From: Vermamoeba vermiformis | Lineage: Eukaryota | DNA length: 64,000 nucleotides | Assembly: GCA_045837725.1 (NCBI GenBank) | Contig: JBEWZL010000238.1 | Coordinates: forward strand, 62,001 to 126,000 | Reading direction: 5' to 3' | In this document: piece after piece, positions 1 to 11,943 of the stretch | Layout: each line of letters starts with the position of its first letter | Numbering within the stretch: the first letter of the stretch is position 1 | The notes under the pieces: generated by a model | The model's database searches: none | What the model saw: only the letters and a program-made list of their open reading frames with translations | What the model was told of the DNA's origin: nothing | Translations under genes and position numbers: made by a program

Positions 1-825
1 CTCGATCAGGGCGTGACTGCTGCCCACTGAGCGCGTGTGCCGATGTCGACCAGTGCGTGGCGAGCGCGGACTGACTGGCAGAGGTGGCACTTTGACACGT
101 GGTGTCACTGGCTCATCACTGATGGGTGGTGTGGCGGTGTCAGCTGTTTGACACGTGTCACTTGAGGTATTGAGCGTTGTGTTTATTGAACTGTCGTCGG
201 AATTATTTGTGTTGGTGCTATTAATAGTCGCAGCTGCCTCCGTGTTCTGTGTTGTTCCGCTGTCCAGTGATGGTGTCGATTGAATTGTTCCGCTGTCATT
301 GGCTGGTGGATGTGTGGACACTGCAGCAGTCTCTGTTTGACGCGTGTCATTTGCTGTGTTGGGAGTTGAATTCTCCGCAGTCCCAGAGCTCGGATCAGGC
401 TCCGACGCTGTGACGGAGATTGGTCCCGCACTGAATTCGGGTTCGGGTTCCCGAATTTCCTCTTCGGGCACTGGCTGTGCGAGCAGGGCTGTGATCTCGT
501 TCAGTGAAAATGAACGCGTCAGACCACGTGATCGACGATCTCCCGGTGTATCTGCTCGCACTTCCGGACTCGGGACCGGTGTGTTGGCGATATTTCCTAT
601 TTTGGAAGTGCTATTATTAGCCCCACCGCGTGCAGTTTTGGGAGCTTTGTCGCTGTTGTTGACAGCAGTGCTGGGCTCTTTGATGTCCGCTTTGATGAGC
701 GAGAACAGCGCCTTGTTGAAGGTGTCGCCCGTGCGACTCGTGCCACGTGACTTGGACATCTCGTTCATGAATGTCACCGACCACTTGGCAGTCGGATCTA
801 CTTTTTTCTTCTCTCCAAACGACAT
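1..825 (-). CDS. Partial gene (runs off window): Ser/Thr/Pro-rich low-complexity protein of unknown function
   Basis: Uninterrupted minus-strand frame from ATG 825 (MSFGEKKKVDPTAKWSVTFMNEMSKSRG...) to base 1; upstream exon or 5' UTR intron possible (donor near 1191). Confidence 0.6.
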   Translation of the reverse strand, partial: MSFGEKKKVDPTAKWSVTFMNEMSKSRGTSRTGDTFNKALFSLIKADIKEPSTAVNNSDKAPKTARGGANNSTSKIGNIANTPVPSPEVRADTPGDRRSRGLTRSFSLNEITALLAQPVPEEEIREPEPEFSAGPISVTASEPDPSSGTAENSTPNTANDTRQTETAAVSTHPPANDSGTIQSTPSLDSGTTQNTEAAATINSTNTNNSDDSSINTTLNTSSDTCQTADTATPPISDEPVTPRVKVPPLPVSPRSPRTGRHRHTRSVGSSHALIE

Positions 826-1898
826 GATGTATGTGAACTGAGTTCAGTATATATTTATATGCCTAATGTTGAGTAGTGTAATCAATTGGCGCAGTGGACT
901 TGATGATCTGAAAATTAAACGGAGCGGTTAGTTAAGACTCGGAGGAAATAGGGAAATTAAGGACTCGAAAGTACTCCATTAGTAGTTATATCAAATACGT
1001 ATAATATGATTTGTATGGAAATTTAATCCACATTCAATCAATATTGAATCTCGATCTAAAATGTCAAATTGAATAATGCAATTCTGGACCGCGCAACGAC
1101 TGAATTATTGTTATAATTATAGTGTATATTATTATTAAGATCTAGCATTGCAAATAAACTTAAAGAGTGATTAGGCGTTATTAAATTATTACCTCTTTTC
1201 GACCGCGTGACACTTTGAGTGGAATTCGAGCCAATAGACAGTGAATAATATAGCTACACAATACTCCTCGAGTCTAGTAATAGCTGTGCACTGAATTCAA
1301 AATTCCAGATCGAGTCCACGGAAGTGGGTTTCGAAATTGAGCCGTGAAGCACAGAGTAATGGCAATGCGTTAATACACCGCGTTGAATATCTTCAGTGCC
1401 GCAGAGCTGTTTGAATGCCGCACAACGAATGCAATAATCAGCTGTTGGACCAGCGCACTTTTGACGTGACACGCGAGTTGACATTTGACCAGGCAGATTC
1501 AACGCACTTAGTGGTGAATTATGAGGAGATGTATCTCATGCACACTAGCACCGATGAATGAATACACTTGGCATCAGCATTAGGAATGAAGACGGATTCG
1601 CCACTTTTCGTTTCCGTCAACTGGTCGCACGCTTGCAATCAGTAGTGACCAGAATCAGGGTACGAATTGAACCTCACTGTTGTGCGAGTGCAGCCTCAAC
1701 AGACAACAGTGACGCGACTGACACCTTACAGAAGCACGAAGAAAGTTCGAGGGAGAGTTCCGCGCCCAAGAAACAGAATCAGCGACTGTTGTGCGCGGTG
1801 TGTTTACGTGTCGTGCGTGTCGATCATCACAACTCCTCATATCACATCAAATAGCTCGTACATGTATTGAGACAGATCAGATCTGATTATTCAACACA

Positions 1899-4800
1899 AT
1901 GAAATTCGTATTCAGCATGCGCGGCATTCAAAGGCCATCAATAGCTGCATATTGTATATTAGTATCACTATTATTGGGTGCTACTGCCACAGGTAAATAC
2001 GGAGTCATGAACGACAAAGATATTGTAATTAGATCCGGAGTTATTTTATTACTAAAATTTATTTTTATGATCGACCACTCGCACGATAATTACCCACGTC
2101 ATGAATACTACTAGCCAATTCAGTGACACAAAAATTCTCAGATCTATATTCGTGTCCAGTTGATAACTGACTCATTCGCTCGTTAGTCGCAGCGCCAAGC
2201 AACACGACGCAGCCAGTCTGTTCACTGCCGCAACTGCAGTGCGCATCGAGCACTACACCGGGCAACAACGGCGACTACACTTGGTATGAGCCACATCTGA
2301 TCGCGCACCTCTCTCGCTAATCAGTGCTGTTTGTATTGACTAGGTGCTCCAAACAAAATGTGTTCATGAATCCGTTGCAGTTCGAGTTGCCAGGCAATCT
2401 CTCCTCGAGTTTTCCCGCCCCTCAATGCGCGGGATCGAGTCCCAGCGCGCAGTGCAGTGCCATCAGTCAGGTACCGCTCATAATAATAGCAATGCTCGTA
2501 CTAATAATGACTCTAATACTAATAATGACACTAATACTAATAATGACTCTAATACTAATAATGACTCTAATACTAATAATAACAATGGTAATACTAACAC
2601 CACGCAGGTGAGTACAGCAGCGTGGAGCGACTTCTCAGGCACAGTGCACAATCTCGTGCTGGTCGGACTGCAAGATGGCTCGTGGACCGTGTTTGACTTC
2701 AACGCCGAGTCCATATTAGGCAAGTACCACCAGCTTTCGATCCCTCTGCGCTGTCCACTCACCGCACTCCTAATTAGGCAAGTGGGACGCGGGCCATCGC
2801 CAGCCCCTGATTTATTTGCGCGGGCACTTCGCGCAGTTCTTCGGCACGGTGGTGACAGGTATGTCCAAATTAGGCAAGTGTCGAGACTAAACAGCGCAGG
2901 TGACGCCGATCAGCTCGTGCTGTGGAGCGCTGCATTCCCGAGCACGGAACTCACACTGGCCCTGGTCGAGCCCTGGTTCAGTGCGCAGCATCAGGGACTC
3001 GTGCTCTCGATCGATTCCATGTTCGTGCCGTTCAGTGAAAACTATCAACTGCTGCTCGCCCTCACCTACCTCAACACCTCCGACAACACATTCACTTACC
3101 AAATTAGGCAATATCTCTATGCCAACGGTGCTGTCACCAAGGGCAATGTCACCACGTGGACGTATCCTTATTTGTCACCCTTTGTTCGGCACCATTTTCC
3201 TTTTTTAGTATTATCTTCACCTTAACCATATTTAGTATTGACACTGCAGGTGATAGCCCGATTTGGATACAAGCCAAATTTGTCACGCACACCGGATTTG
3301 TACAAGGCGCGTCTATTTCTCCGACGCATCCCTCGTGCACACCTGTGAATGACACGCGTCAATTGGTGGCACTGTTCAGCACTCACGCGGTGGCACTGTA
3401 CCGCTTTGACACGGGTCACGTGGTCAACGGCACATTTACACTGCAATTTTCCACCAAGGCCCCGTCCTCCACGGTATTTTTAGCACCAACCTCCGCGCTG
3501 ATCACCGATGTCGCTGTCATTCATGAATGCTTCCAGCGCGACAACAATCCCTCTTCGGTAAGAGCTAATTATAGCACCACGCGATGACTGACACGTGTCA
3601 AACCAGGGTCTGTGGATCGTAGCTGGCACCATGACAGCATGGAACGCGTCAGACAATGCCCTCCACGTGATTCAACTTGCCGAATTTGGCATGCACGACT
3701 TTTCATGCGAGACAGCAATCTCGGCCTCAGATCTCAGTGCAGGTCTCGTGATGACACGTGTCAACAATCAGTGTCAGCAGCTGCTCCCGTCCAAGTGTCA
3801 CGTGGATGAGTGGTACAACGGTGTCACGTGCCAGTCACGTGCGCACTACACGCAGCCGTTGCTCGTGCAGCCCAACATGTTGCAAGTGCGCTTCTTGAAC
3901 GAGCCGCAGGGCAGTGTCACGTGGCAGGACTATTCAGTGAATGGCACGAGCTCCACACTGCTGCGCGAGTTCAACTACCACGTGATATTCATCAGCAACG
4001 GCATTCAAACCGTGCACGTGCTGGGCATGCAAGAGGTGCTGTGCTCGTCGAGTGCGCTGACGATCACGTGGCTGAATGAGATCGATCTCCCGAACCAGAT
4101 TGCCATGTTTGCTGTCTCCAACAACGCGCAGCACGTGTTTGTCGTCACCAATCTCGAGCACTGGCAGATTGATTCACAGAACCGTACGTCACGCTGTGCA
4201 GTCACGTGATGGCACTCACCGATCTAAAAATAGGACTGCTCGAAATATGTGCAACGCTGTCCCAGAACAAGTCGAATGAGCTGGTGGCACTCTTGGAGCC
4301 CTATCAGCCCCTCTGTCAATATCCGCTCGGTCCTCCCAAGTACGGACTGCTGCTATTTTTAGACCGCTGATCACTGATGTGCTATTTATAGACCATTCGA
4401 CTTCTCAGACTTTATGTTTTTCATGTCCATGTGCAACAGGTAACACATATATATCTATATATATATACATATGCACTGGTGTTGCGTGCACCTCTTGCGG
4501 TCCGTACTCACGCTGTACTCGCAGTGGCACCTACTGTCCCTCACTCGACGTCGACTACATTGGCAGTGTGGCACCTGGCAACTATACCTATCTCCCGGGC
4601 AAGGCAAGTGGCACCCTCTGCGTGTCGGTGCGTCTAATTTTAGCTGCAGGTGGCACCCTGTCCCGCCAAGTTCTACTGTCCCAACGGAAAAATCAAGCTG
4701 TGTCCCTCTGGGTATATTTGTCCCGATTTGGGCATGATCATTCCAGAGAAGTGCGAGGCTGTCCCTGGCAGGTGCGTAGCTAAATATAGTACACCCTTCT

Positions 4801-7800
4801 ACTCGCTAACACATTGCCTTATTTAGAAATATCACGTGCTACCAACAAGGACTCGATGCACCGCAGGAATGTCCCGCTGGATTCATTTGTCTCGTGCCCA
4901 ATGCGGAGCCTGTTCCGGTGGCACCTGGCCTGTATCTCCCGCAATCTCAACCACTGCCTCCCGGCACACCGTGTCCCGCGGGTAGTTATTGCCCGCTCGG
5001 GGTGAGTGCGCCCCCCGCACTGTGCCCAGCAGGTATGGCGCGCTGTTCATGAACGGCGCTGTGACTGACGCTAAAAATAGGTCTGTACTGTCCCACTCCG
5101 GGTGTCATGTTGCCGGAGGTGTGTCCGACAGCGTACGACAGCAAGGGCGACAAACTGCGAAATTTCACCACGTACTGTCCCGAGGGCACTGTGACACCAC
5201 AGGTAACGGCACTATTTCCTTATATGGTCATCGCTCACCCACCCGTCCTCAGTTGTGTCCCGCAGGCTACTACTGTCTCACGCCGCTGAACAAGACCGCG
5301 TGTGACCAGGGCCAGTACTGTCCCAATGGCACGCAGATTGCGGAGAATTGTCCCGCGGGATATCTGTGCAGCAGTCCTGACCGCAAGGAGCGCTGTCCGT
5401 CGGGCTCGTACTGTCCTGACGGCTCGTATCAGCCCAAGAGTGAGTGCTGTCCCGCGCATTGCCTAATATAGCTAATCACGTGACAGAGTGCTCGCCGTTC
5501 GACTACTGTCCCGAGGGCTCGGCGTCCAATCACCGCTGGGCCGCACTGCTCTTCGACATGGTGCTCGTGCTCCTCGTCGTCACCTCCTACAAGGTAACTT
5601 GCCTAATTTGGTAATGCGGTCACTGGCAACTCATTGGCGCTCAAAATAGGTCTACACGCACCTCCGCGACAAACGTCAGAAATCTCGCATGGAGAAGCAG
5701 CGCCAGGGCAAGAAAGATCGTCCGAACCGCTTCGTGATCAATCACGTGACGGAAGATGCTCCGCTGCTCGACACGACCGATCTCGATTCGCTGGCACATC
5801 GCTTGCCCGCCCTCAGTCAGTCGCGCTACAAGATGCTGCTCGAGATTGAGTTCCGCGACATTCAACTTGCCAAAAATGGTAAAAACATCCTGAAGGGAGT
5901 CAGCGGTGGCTTCTACCCTGGTCGACTGAGTGCCATCATGGGCCCCTCCGGTGCGGGCAAGTCCTCGCTGCTGTCCGTGCTGTCTGGACGCACTGCCAAA
6001 ACTGGCGGTCACATGTACATCAACGGCATGGAGGCACGTGATCTGAGTCAGTACAAAACAGGTAAGTGCTATTTATAGCCCCGCACACCACTCACGCCGC
6101 ACAGTGATGGGCTTTGTGCCGCAAGACGACATTATGCACCGCAAGCTGACCGTGAAAGAGATCTTCAAATTCAACGCCGACGCGCGCCTGCCTGTCAACA
6201 TGTCAGAGCCCGATAAGGAAAGTCTCATCAACGACATCATCGAAGTGCTCGGGCTGTTCAATGTCAAGCACAGGTAACGCTTACCATATAAGTACATGAC
6301 CGAGACTCACCGCCGCGGCAGTGTGATTGGCGACGAAGAGACACGTGGTCTGTCTGGCGGAGAACGCAAGCGCGTCAACATCGGCATGGAACTCGCCTCC
6401 GACCCGCTCGTGCTATTTTTAGACGAACCTACCAGTGGTCTCGACAGCACTGCTGCCACGGAGGTCGTGAAATGTTTGCAAACTATCGCACGTGTCGGCA
6501 ACATCACCGTGGTGTGCGTCATTCATCAGCCGCGCTACGAGGTGTTCAAGTTGTTCGATGACGTGCTATTTTTAGCTCCTGGTGGCAGCACGGTGTACCA
6601 CGGACCAGTCGACAAATCGCAGCAATACTTTGAGACCATGGGCTTCAAGGTGCCACCAGCTGTCAATCCCGCAGATTTTTATTTGGATGTCATCAGTCGC
6701 AAAGTACCCGGTACGTCTCACATTACCATATTTGGCAATCGGTCCTAACACCTGTGTGCAGCACGCGAAGACTTCACAGACTTTGCAAGTGAGTGGGAAC
6801 GTTCCAAAAAAGGCTATCAAGTGCCCACCGATGTCGATGCCCCCGACACCGCGCCGTTCAGTCGCCGTCGCTTGCCTGCCACCTCCGACAAGATTCCCTC
6901 GCGCAAGACTGCTGGATTTTTCCGCCAGCTGGGTCTATTTATAGCGCGCACGTTCATTCTCGAGACACGTGACTTGCCGAATGTGTTCTTGAATCTCACG
7001 CTCGTGTTCATCGCTGGACTGTTGTTAGGTACGTGTCACGTGCCACCCTCCTCGAGTGAGTGGCTGATCTATTTTTAGGTTTCGTGTACAATGACTCGCA
7101 GTACATTGGTCCCGCCACTGCAGCGGAACAAGAGGAATGTCCCGCGTTCATTCGCAGCGTGTGTGGCATGGCGCGCAACGACGAGTACGTCATCATGTTC
7201 TCATTACTAAATATGGCAATGGGTCTCACGGCCATCGCTGGCTCACTCAAGGTGTTTGGCGAGTAAGTTCCGCACTTTCCAAATTAGGCAATGTGACTCA
7301 CCCCGCGCGCAGAGAACGCGTGACGTACTGGCGCGAGTCCACGACGGGCATCAACTCGCTGGCCTTCTTCCTGGGCAAGAACTTGTCCACGCTGCAGATG
7401 GTGGTGTTGCCGCCCTTCGTGTTCCTGTCCATCTTCTACTTGCTCATCTCGCCGCGCAGCAACTTCTGGTACATGTACGCGATCATGATCGGCACTCAGT
7501 ACGCGTGCACGGGGGCAGGACACTTGATCTCGCTCGTGTTTGTGCCGCAGAACGCGCTGCTCGCTGGTGTCTCCTACGAGGTCGTGGCGACCATGTTTGC
7601 TGGTGGCAATCCGACACTGACCAAGATCTACAGGTACTACTAGTCGTCTCTCTCTATATATAGCGCTATATGTACTAACTCCGCACAGCTACGGACTGAT
7701 CGGCAAGATACTCGCCTCGATATCGTACAGTCGCTGGGCCACGGAGGGGCTGTACGTGACTGAACTGCGCCAGTACGCGACTGAATACAACGTGCAGCCC

Positions 7801-7932
7801 AGTCTCGACTACTGGGGCTACGATCTCAACGCATTCAATCTCGACATTGCCATGCTGTTCACCATCGGCACGGTGCTCCGAATCGGCTCGTTCATTGCAC
7901 TGATTGCCCTGCACAAGAATCGCCAGACATAA
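1899..7932 (+). CDS. Multi-exon ABCG-family half transporter (ADP1/plant ABCG24-28-like) with signal peptide, large ectodomain, Cys-rich CPxGxYC repeats, TM helix, NBD and ABC2 membrane domain
   Basis: Signal peptide at 1899; repeated CPAGYYC/CPSGSYC motifs 4500-5520; TM ~5530-5590; Walker A GPSGAGKS, signature LSGGERKR, Walker [13 protein letters not shown]-loop VIHQPR; ABC2 TMD 6950-7932; checked exon joins are in frame. Confidence 0.9.
2502..2600 (+). repeat. Coding tandem repeat (18-nt unit ACTAATAATGACTCTAAT) encoding (NTNNDS)n
   Basis: About 4-5 near-perfect units visible inside the ABCG ectodomain exon. Confidence 0.85.
3162..3235 (+). other. U12-type (minor spliceosome) GT-AG intron
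   Basis: 5' site GTATCCTTA; branch CACCTTAAC at 3218-3226, 9 nt before the end of the AG; removal joins ...VTTWT to [10 protein letters not shown] in frame. Confidence 0.75.
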
Positions 7933-8007
7933 TTAACGGAGCACTGACTATTGTAATAAATAACACTACCACTTCTTACACGTGTTTATTCTTATGTACA
8001 GAGGCGT

Positions 8008-9210
8008 TCACTTGCCTAATTTGGACAAATCGCGGTGCAGCAGGGGCGTAGCATCGAGTTGCGAGAGCTGATCCGCGACTGGTCCCAGTGCCCACAGCGC
8101 ACGTGCTCGATTGGCTGCGTACTGCGCGGAGTGCGCGCGTGGCATGCAGGGATTGCCTTCGATGTACAGCGTGTCGAGTTGCGTGAGTGTGGTGAGGCAG
8201 TGCAGTGCCGTCACGTGCTCGAGTTGATTGTCGTTCAGCCACAAATCTACCAGGGCTGTCATGCACTGCAGCCCTGCCAGGGTAGTCACGTGATTGGAAG
8301 CGAGATCCAGCGTGTGCAGTGCAGTCAAGTGCACCAGTCCTCCGAGTGCGGGGTCCTCAGCTGTCACGTGATCGCTGCTGTCACGTGATTCGGACCACGT
8401 GATGCCGTTGTGACTCAGATACAGCTCTTCCAAATTAGGCAACTGTGCCAATCCCTGCAGCCGTGTCACGCGATTCTGTTGCACACTCAATCGCTTGACA
8501 TTCACCAGGGCTCGATCTCCCGCAATCTCCGCCAGCGAACTCAATTTGTTCCGCCCGAGCCACAGATTCTGCAGCGCGGTGAGTGCGGTGAATAGTCCCG
8601 CGACTGTTCGAAGTCGATTGTTGCCGAGCTCGAGCGTGATCAGCTGCGTCATGTGCGCGAACACGTGACTGGGCACGTGCTTGAGATGATTGGCGGTCAA
8701 ATAGAGCTCGCGCAGTGCTGTCAGTGCTGTCAAGTGTTCGAGACCCGCGCGAATGTGATTGAAGGACAAGTCGAGTACCTGCAGTGCTGTCAGCTGCGTG
8801 AGTTCAGCGGGCAACGCCTCGAGTTTGTTGTCGTACAGATCGAGATACGTCAAGCCACTTAGTGCACCCAGAGGAGCTACATCTGTCAACAAGTTCTGCC
8901 GCAAGACTAATTTCTGTACTAGCGATATTTAATACCATTGCTACGATTTAAACAAACAACTAGCTTGCAATTTCATTTTTAATAGAAAAATATTTTGAAA
9001 TTAGAATTGGACGTCAAACACTAGTTGATTTGATCGTTCACTACGCACCTGAATAGCAGTCACTCGTGATAATTGCATAATCGGCACGTGACGCAATCGT
9101 GTGTTGGTCAGATCGACTTCCGTGGCCTCCGTCCCAAACAGCTCATCATCAAGCTCTACTTGGTGACCAGTCAGATCCACCACTTTTTCATCTTGAGGCT
9201 GCTCTGTCAT
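8008..9210 (-). CDS. PPP1R7: Protein phosphatase 1 regulatory subunit 7 / Sds22 (LRR protein)
   Basis: SDS22-type LRRs (LDLYDNKL, LDLSFNHI, LELGNNRL, LWLGRNKL, LYLSHNGI), LRR cap with YIEGNP and LSQLDAT; one intron ~8916-9048. Confidence 0.85.
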
Positions 9211-9318
9211 CTTGTATTAAAGAAATGATCTTATCGTTCTGCGTTCTATAATACATTTGCTTTATTTGGCAAAGCACAAATAAAATTGATAAAAATTCTC
9301 TGCATCCGATCTGACCGC

Positions 9319-9991
9319 CTAGCTGCTCGTAGTGTCTGAGCTCTGTGCGTGCTGAATAGTAACGAGACAGTACTCGCGTTCTGGCAATGGATGAGGTCAG
9401 TGGCGCATTCACAGCATCCAGTACGTACCGGGCGCGAATATCAGATCCAACTTGCTGGTGCGCAGAGTGAGCAGTGCCACGCGATCTTGGGCATCGTGCG
9501 CGTGCAGCGACTCGGCGGCTGTGTGGTACAAACGACGCGCGAGCTGCCAGTAACTGTCCGCTGAGGACTCCTCGGCACCTTGAGCACCACTCGCATTGTT
9601 ATTGGTGCTACTAGTAGTGCTACTAGTAGTGCTATTAGTACTGCTAGTACTAGTGCCAGTACTAGTGCTAGTATTAGTGCTAGTATGAGTGCTGTTCCAG
9701 GCTTGATGCACTCTGTAGCCCTCGCGATTGAGCACGAGCACACCTAGAGCAGAGCGGTGAGTGGGGGACTGAGTGCGTACTAGCATATATGTGTATATGT
9801 GTATATGTGTATAGATAGCGTACCGATCACTGCTTTGTGACTGAGAATCTTCTTGCTCACTTCAATCAACTCGTTCTGACGTGCTTTGGATTAGTACGCG
9901 GCGATAATTTGAAAAATAATGCTGCGGCGAGAATGGCGTGTTCAGCACCCACATTGAATATTAAATGCTGCTTAATAACAATATTTACCAT
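9319..9991 (-). CDS. Dynein light chain Roadblock/LC7-family protein with Ser/Thr/Asn-rich insertion
   Basis: Spliced: MNELIEVSKKILSHKAVIGVLVLNREG...LTLRTSKLDLIFAP-EREYCLVTIQ matches the Roadblock pattern; three GT-AG introns. Confidence 0.7.
9605..9690 (-). repeat. Coding microsatellite (ACTAGT/AGCACT units) encoding a Thr/Ser run in the Roadblock protein
   Basis: Repeated ctagta/gtgcta hexamers. Confidence 0.7.
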
Positions 9992-10260
9992 TTTTTGCTA
10001 ATTTTTAAAATTGTTTTCGCGGTTCTGATCTGTAAATGACACGTCAAACTTAATGTGATCTTGCAAGTCTGCACTAGTCCACAATAATACCCTCACTATG
10101 ATACAAATAGGTGCTTAATGTTGTCTTGCTCGCATTACAGCGGTGCTAAATTGTCTGACAATCAATACTTTTTGTTTTATTTCCGATCGCGTGCAACAAC
10201 ACCACGCGTAGGATGCGAGACTAACCAGTGAATGAACAATATTACAATTATATAACAGAA

Positions 10261-11732
10261 ATGCGACGCTCATCCTCTGGCGAAAAGAAAAACAAGAGGA
10301 AATCCAAAACCGCCCCTTCATTAGAGCTTGGTAGTCTGCGCGAACAATTATCAGAGGGCTCGCTACTCACAGTGGGCTCTAGTGGCAGTATACATAATAA
10401 TAATAATAATACTCAACCGAAAAAATCCCCCAAAGACTCCAATGAAGACAAATCTCCTAAGCCAAGCGATCCACTCGCGCATCATTCTAGCAAAAAATCT
10501 AATGAGGGTACGTACTATCTCATGCCATCCTACAGCACGATTACAGTGCCTCCCAATGCCTGACACTGAATCCAGTCCCTGCAGACTCGAAGAAGAAGCT
10601 GCAGCAGTACAGCGAGGAGTTGAAGACGGAACTCAGCGCGGAGCTCCTCCGACTGCGCGACACGTGTCTGCAGCACGTGCACCAACAACAAGCACTGCTC
10701 GACGAGGCACGGGAAGAGCTGGCACGTGATCGAGCCCTGGTAGAGCTGCAGCAGCGCGCCATCCAAGCACATTCGGGCCCCCGCGTGACGTTGAATGTCG
10801 GGGGCGTGGTGCACGTGACTTCGCGCAGCACTCTGACGCGCTACCCGCACTCGATGTTTGCAGCCATGTTCTCGGGCAGATTCAACAACGATCACGTGGA
10901 TGCGTGCGAGCCACTCACCCCCGACACGCACGCCACTCCGGGCACCACGACCCCGACCCCGACCACACCCGCGTACTTCATCGATCGGGACGGCGCGCTG
11001 TTCAGTCACGTGCTCAACTATCTCCGCACGGGCACGCTGCACGTGACAGTAGCGTGTGAGTGGGAGAGTGACGAGCGCGGAGGTCACACCCCGCACTCTG
11101 TTCCCGCCCCCGAACTGCTCACCCCCGAACTGCGCGCTCATTTGCAGCTAGTCAGCGCAGTGCTGGACGAAGCGGAATATTACAACTTGACTGATCTCGC
11201 GCACATCTGCCGCACAGACCTCGCACGACACCGTCAACGACTGAAGTGGACCAATCAGAACACACCGCGCTCACGTGCCGACAGTGCGTACGAGTCGGCG
11301 AGTGAGAGCTGCATGTACACGCGCAAAGAGGTGCACCAGATGCTCGTCAGTCACCAGCACGTGCTCATCACGCACCAGGGCCCCTCCGAGCACAAGCCAC
11401 TGCTCAATTTGGCAGGTGTCAATCTGTCATACATTGACCTCTCGCGACTCGACTTGTCCTACGTAGACTTCTCGCGCGCCAATCTTGAAGGTGCAAATCT
11501 GGAGAGCTGCATCCTGTTGGGCACCGTGTTCGCGCAGTGCAATCTGCAGCGCGCCAATCTGCAGCAGTGTTCGTTCGGACACGCGCGCACCGAGCATCAG
11601 AGTGCCACCTTTGTCGATGCCAATCTCAGAGGAGCGAACTTCTCGCGCTTCTTGGGCGTCATCTATCGCAACAACATGGAGGGCGCTAACCTCGCGGACA
11701 CTATTGGACTGGACGAGAAGTGGCTCGCGTAA
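10261..11732 (+). CDS. BTB/POZ (KCTD-type T1) domain plus pentapeptide-repeat protein, KCTD9-like
   Basis: VTLNVGG..TSRSTLTRYPHSMFAAMFSG..YFIDRDGALFSHVLNYLR; C-terminal ANLEGANL pentapeptide repeats; possible extra first exon at 10098. Confidence 0.85.
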
Positions 11733-11943
11733 AGGTGCTGCATCTGCATCGTGTGCGGATGTACGTGACCTGGTTTTGTAGCTGAGCTGTTTTCTGCGAT
11801 CAATCCAATGCATACTTGTAATTATTTGTGGATAGTAAATGTAATTCAATGCGAGGAAGCATTCCAACGACCGCTCAACCAGGGCAGATCCCACGTTTAA
11901 ACAGAAAAATTGGTTGCGTGATGCTAGTTGTTATTTATCAACA

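Noticed and set aside
1200..1860. Short ORFs upstream of the first gene (1254-1502, 1558-1854, 1655-1840)
   Set aside because: I could not build a consistent spliced model; may be UTR or unresolved exons
2324..2611. Hydrophobic (LILIMT)n ORF resembling a membrane peptide
   Set aside because: Alternative frame of the Asn-rich coding microsatellite in the ABCG gene
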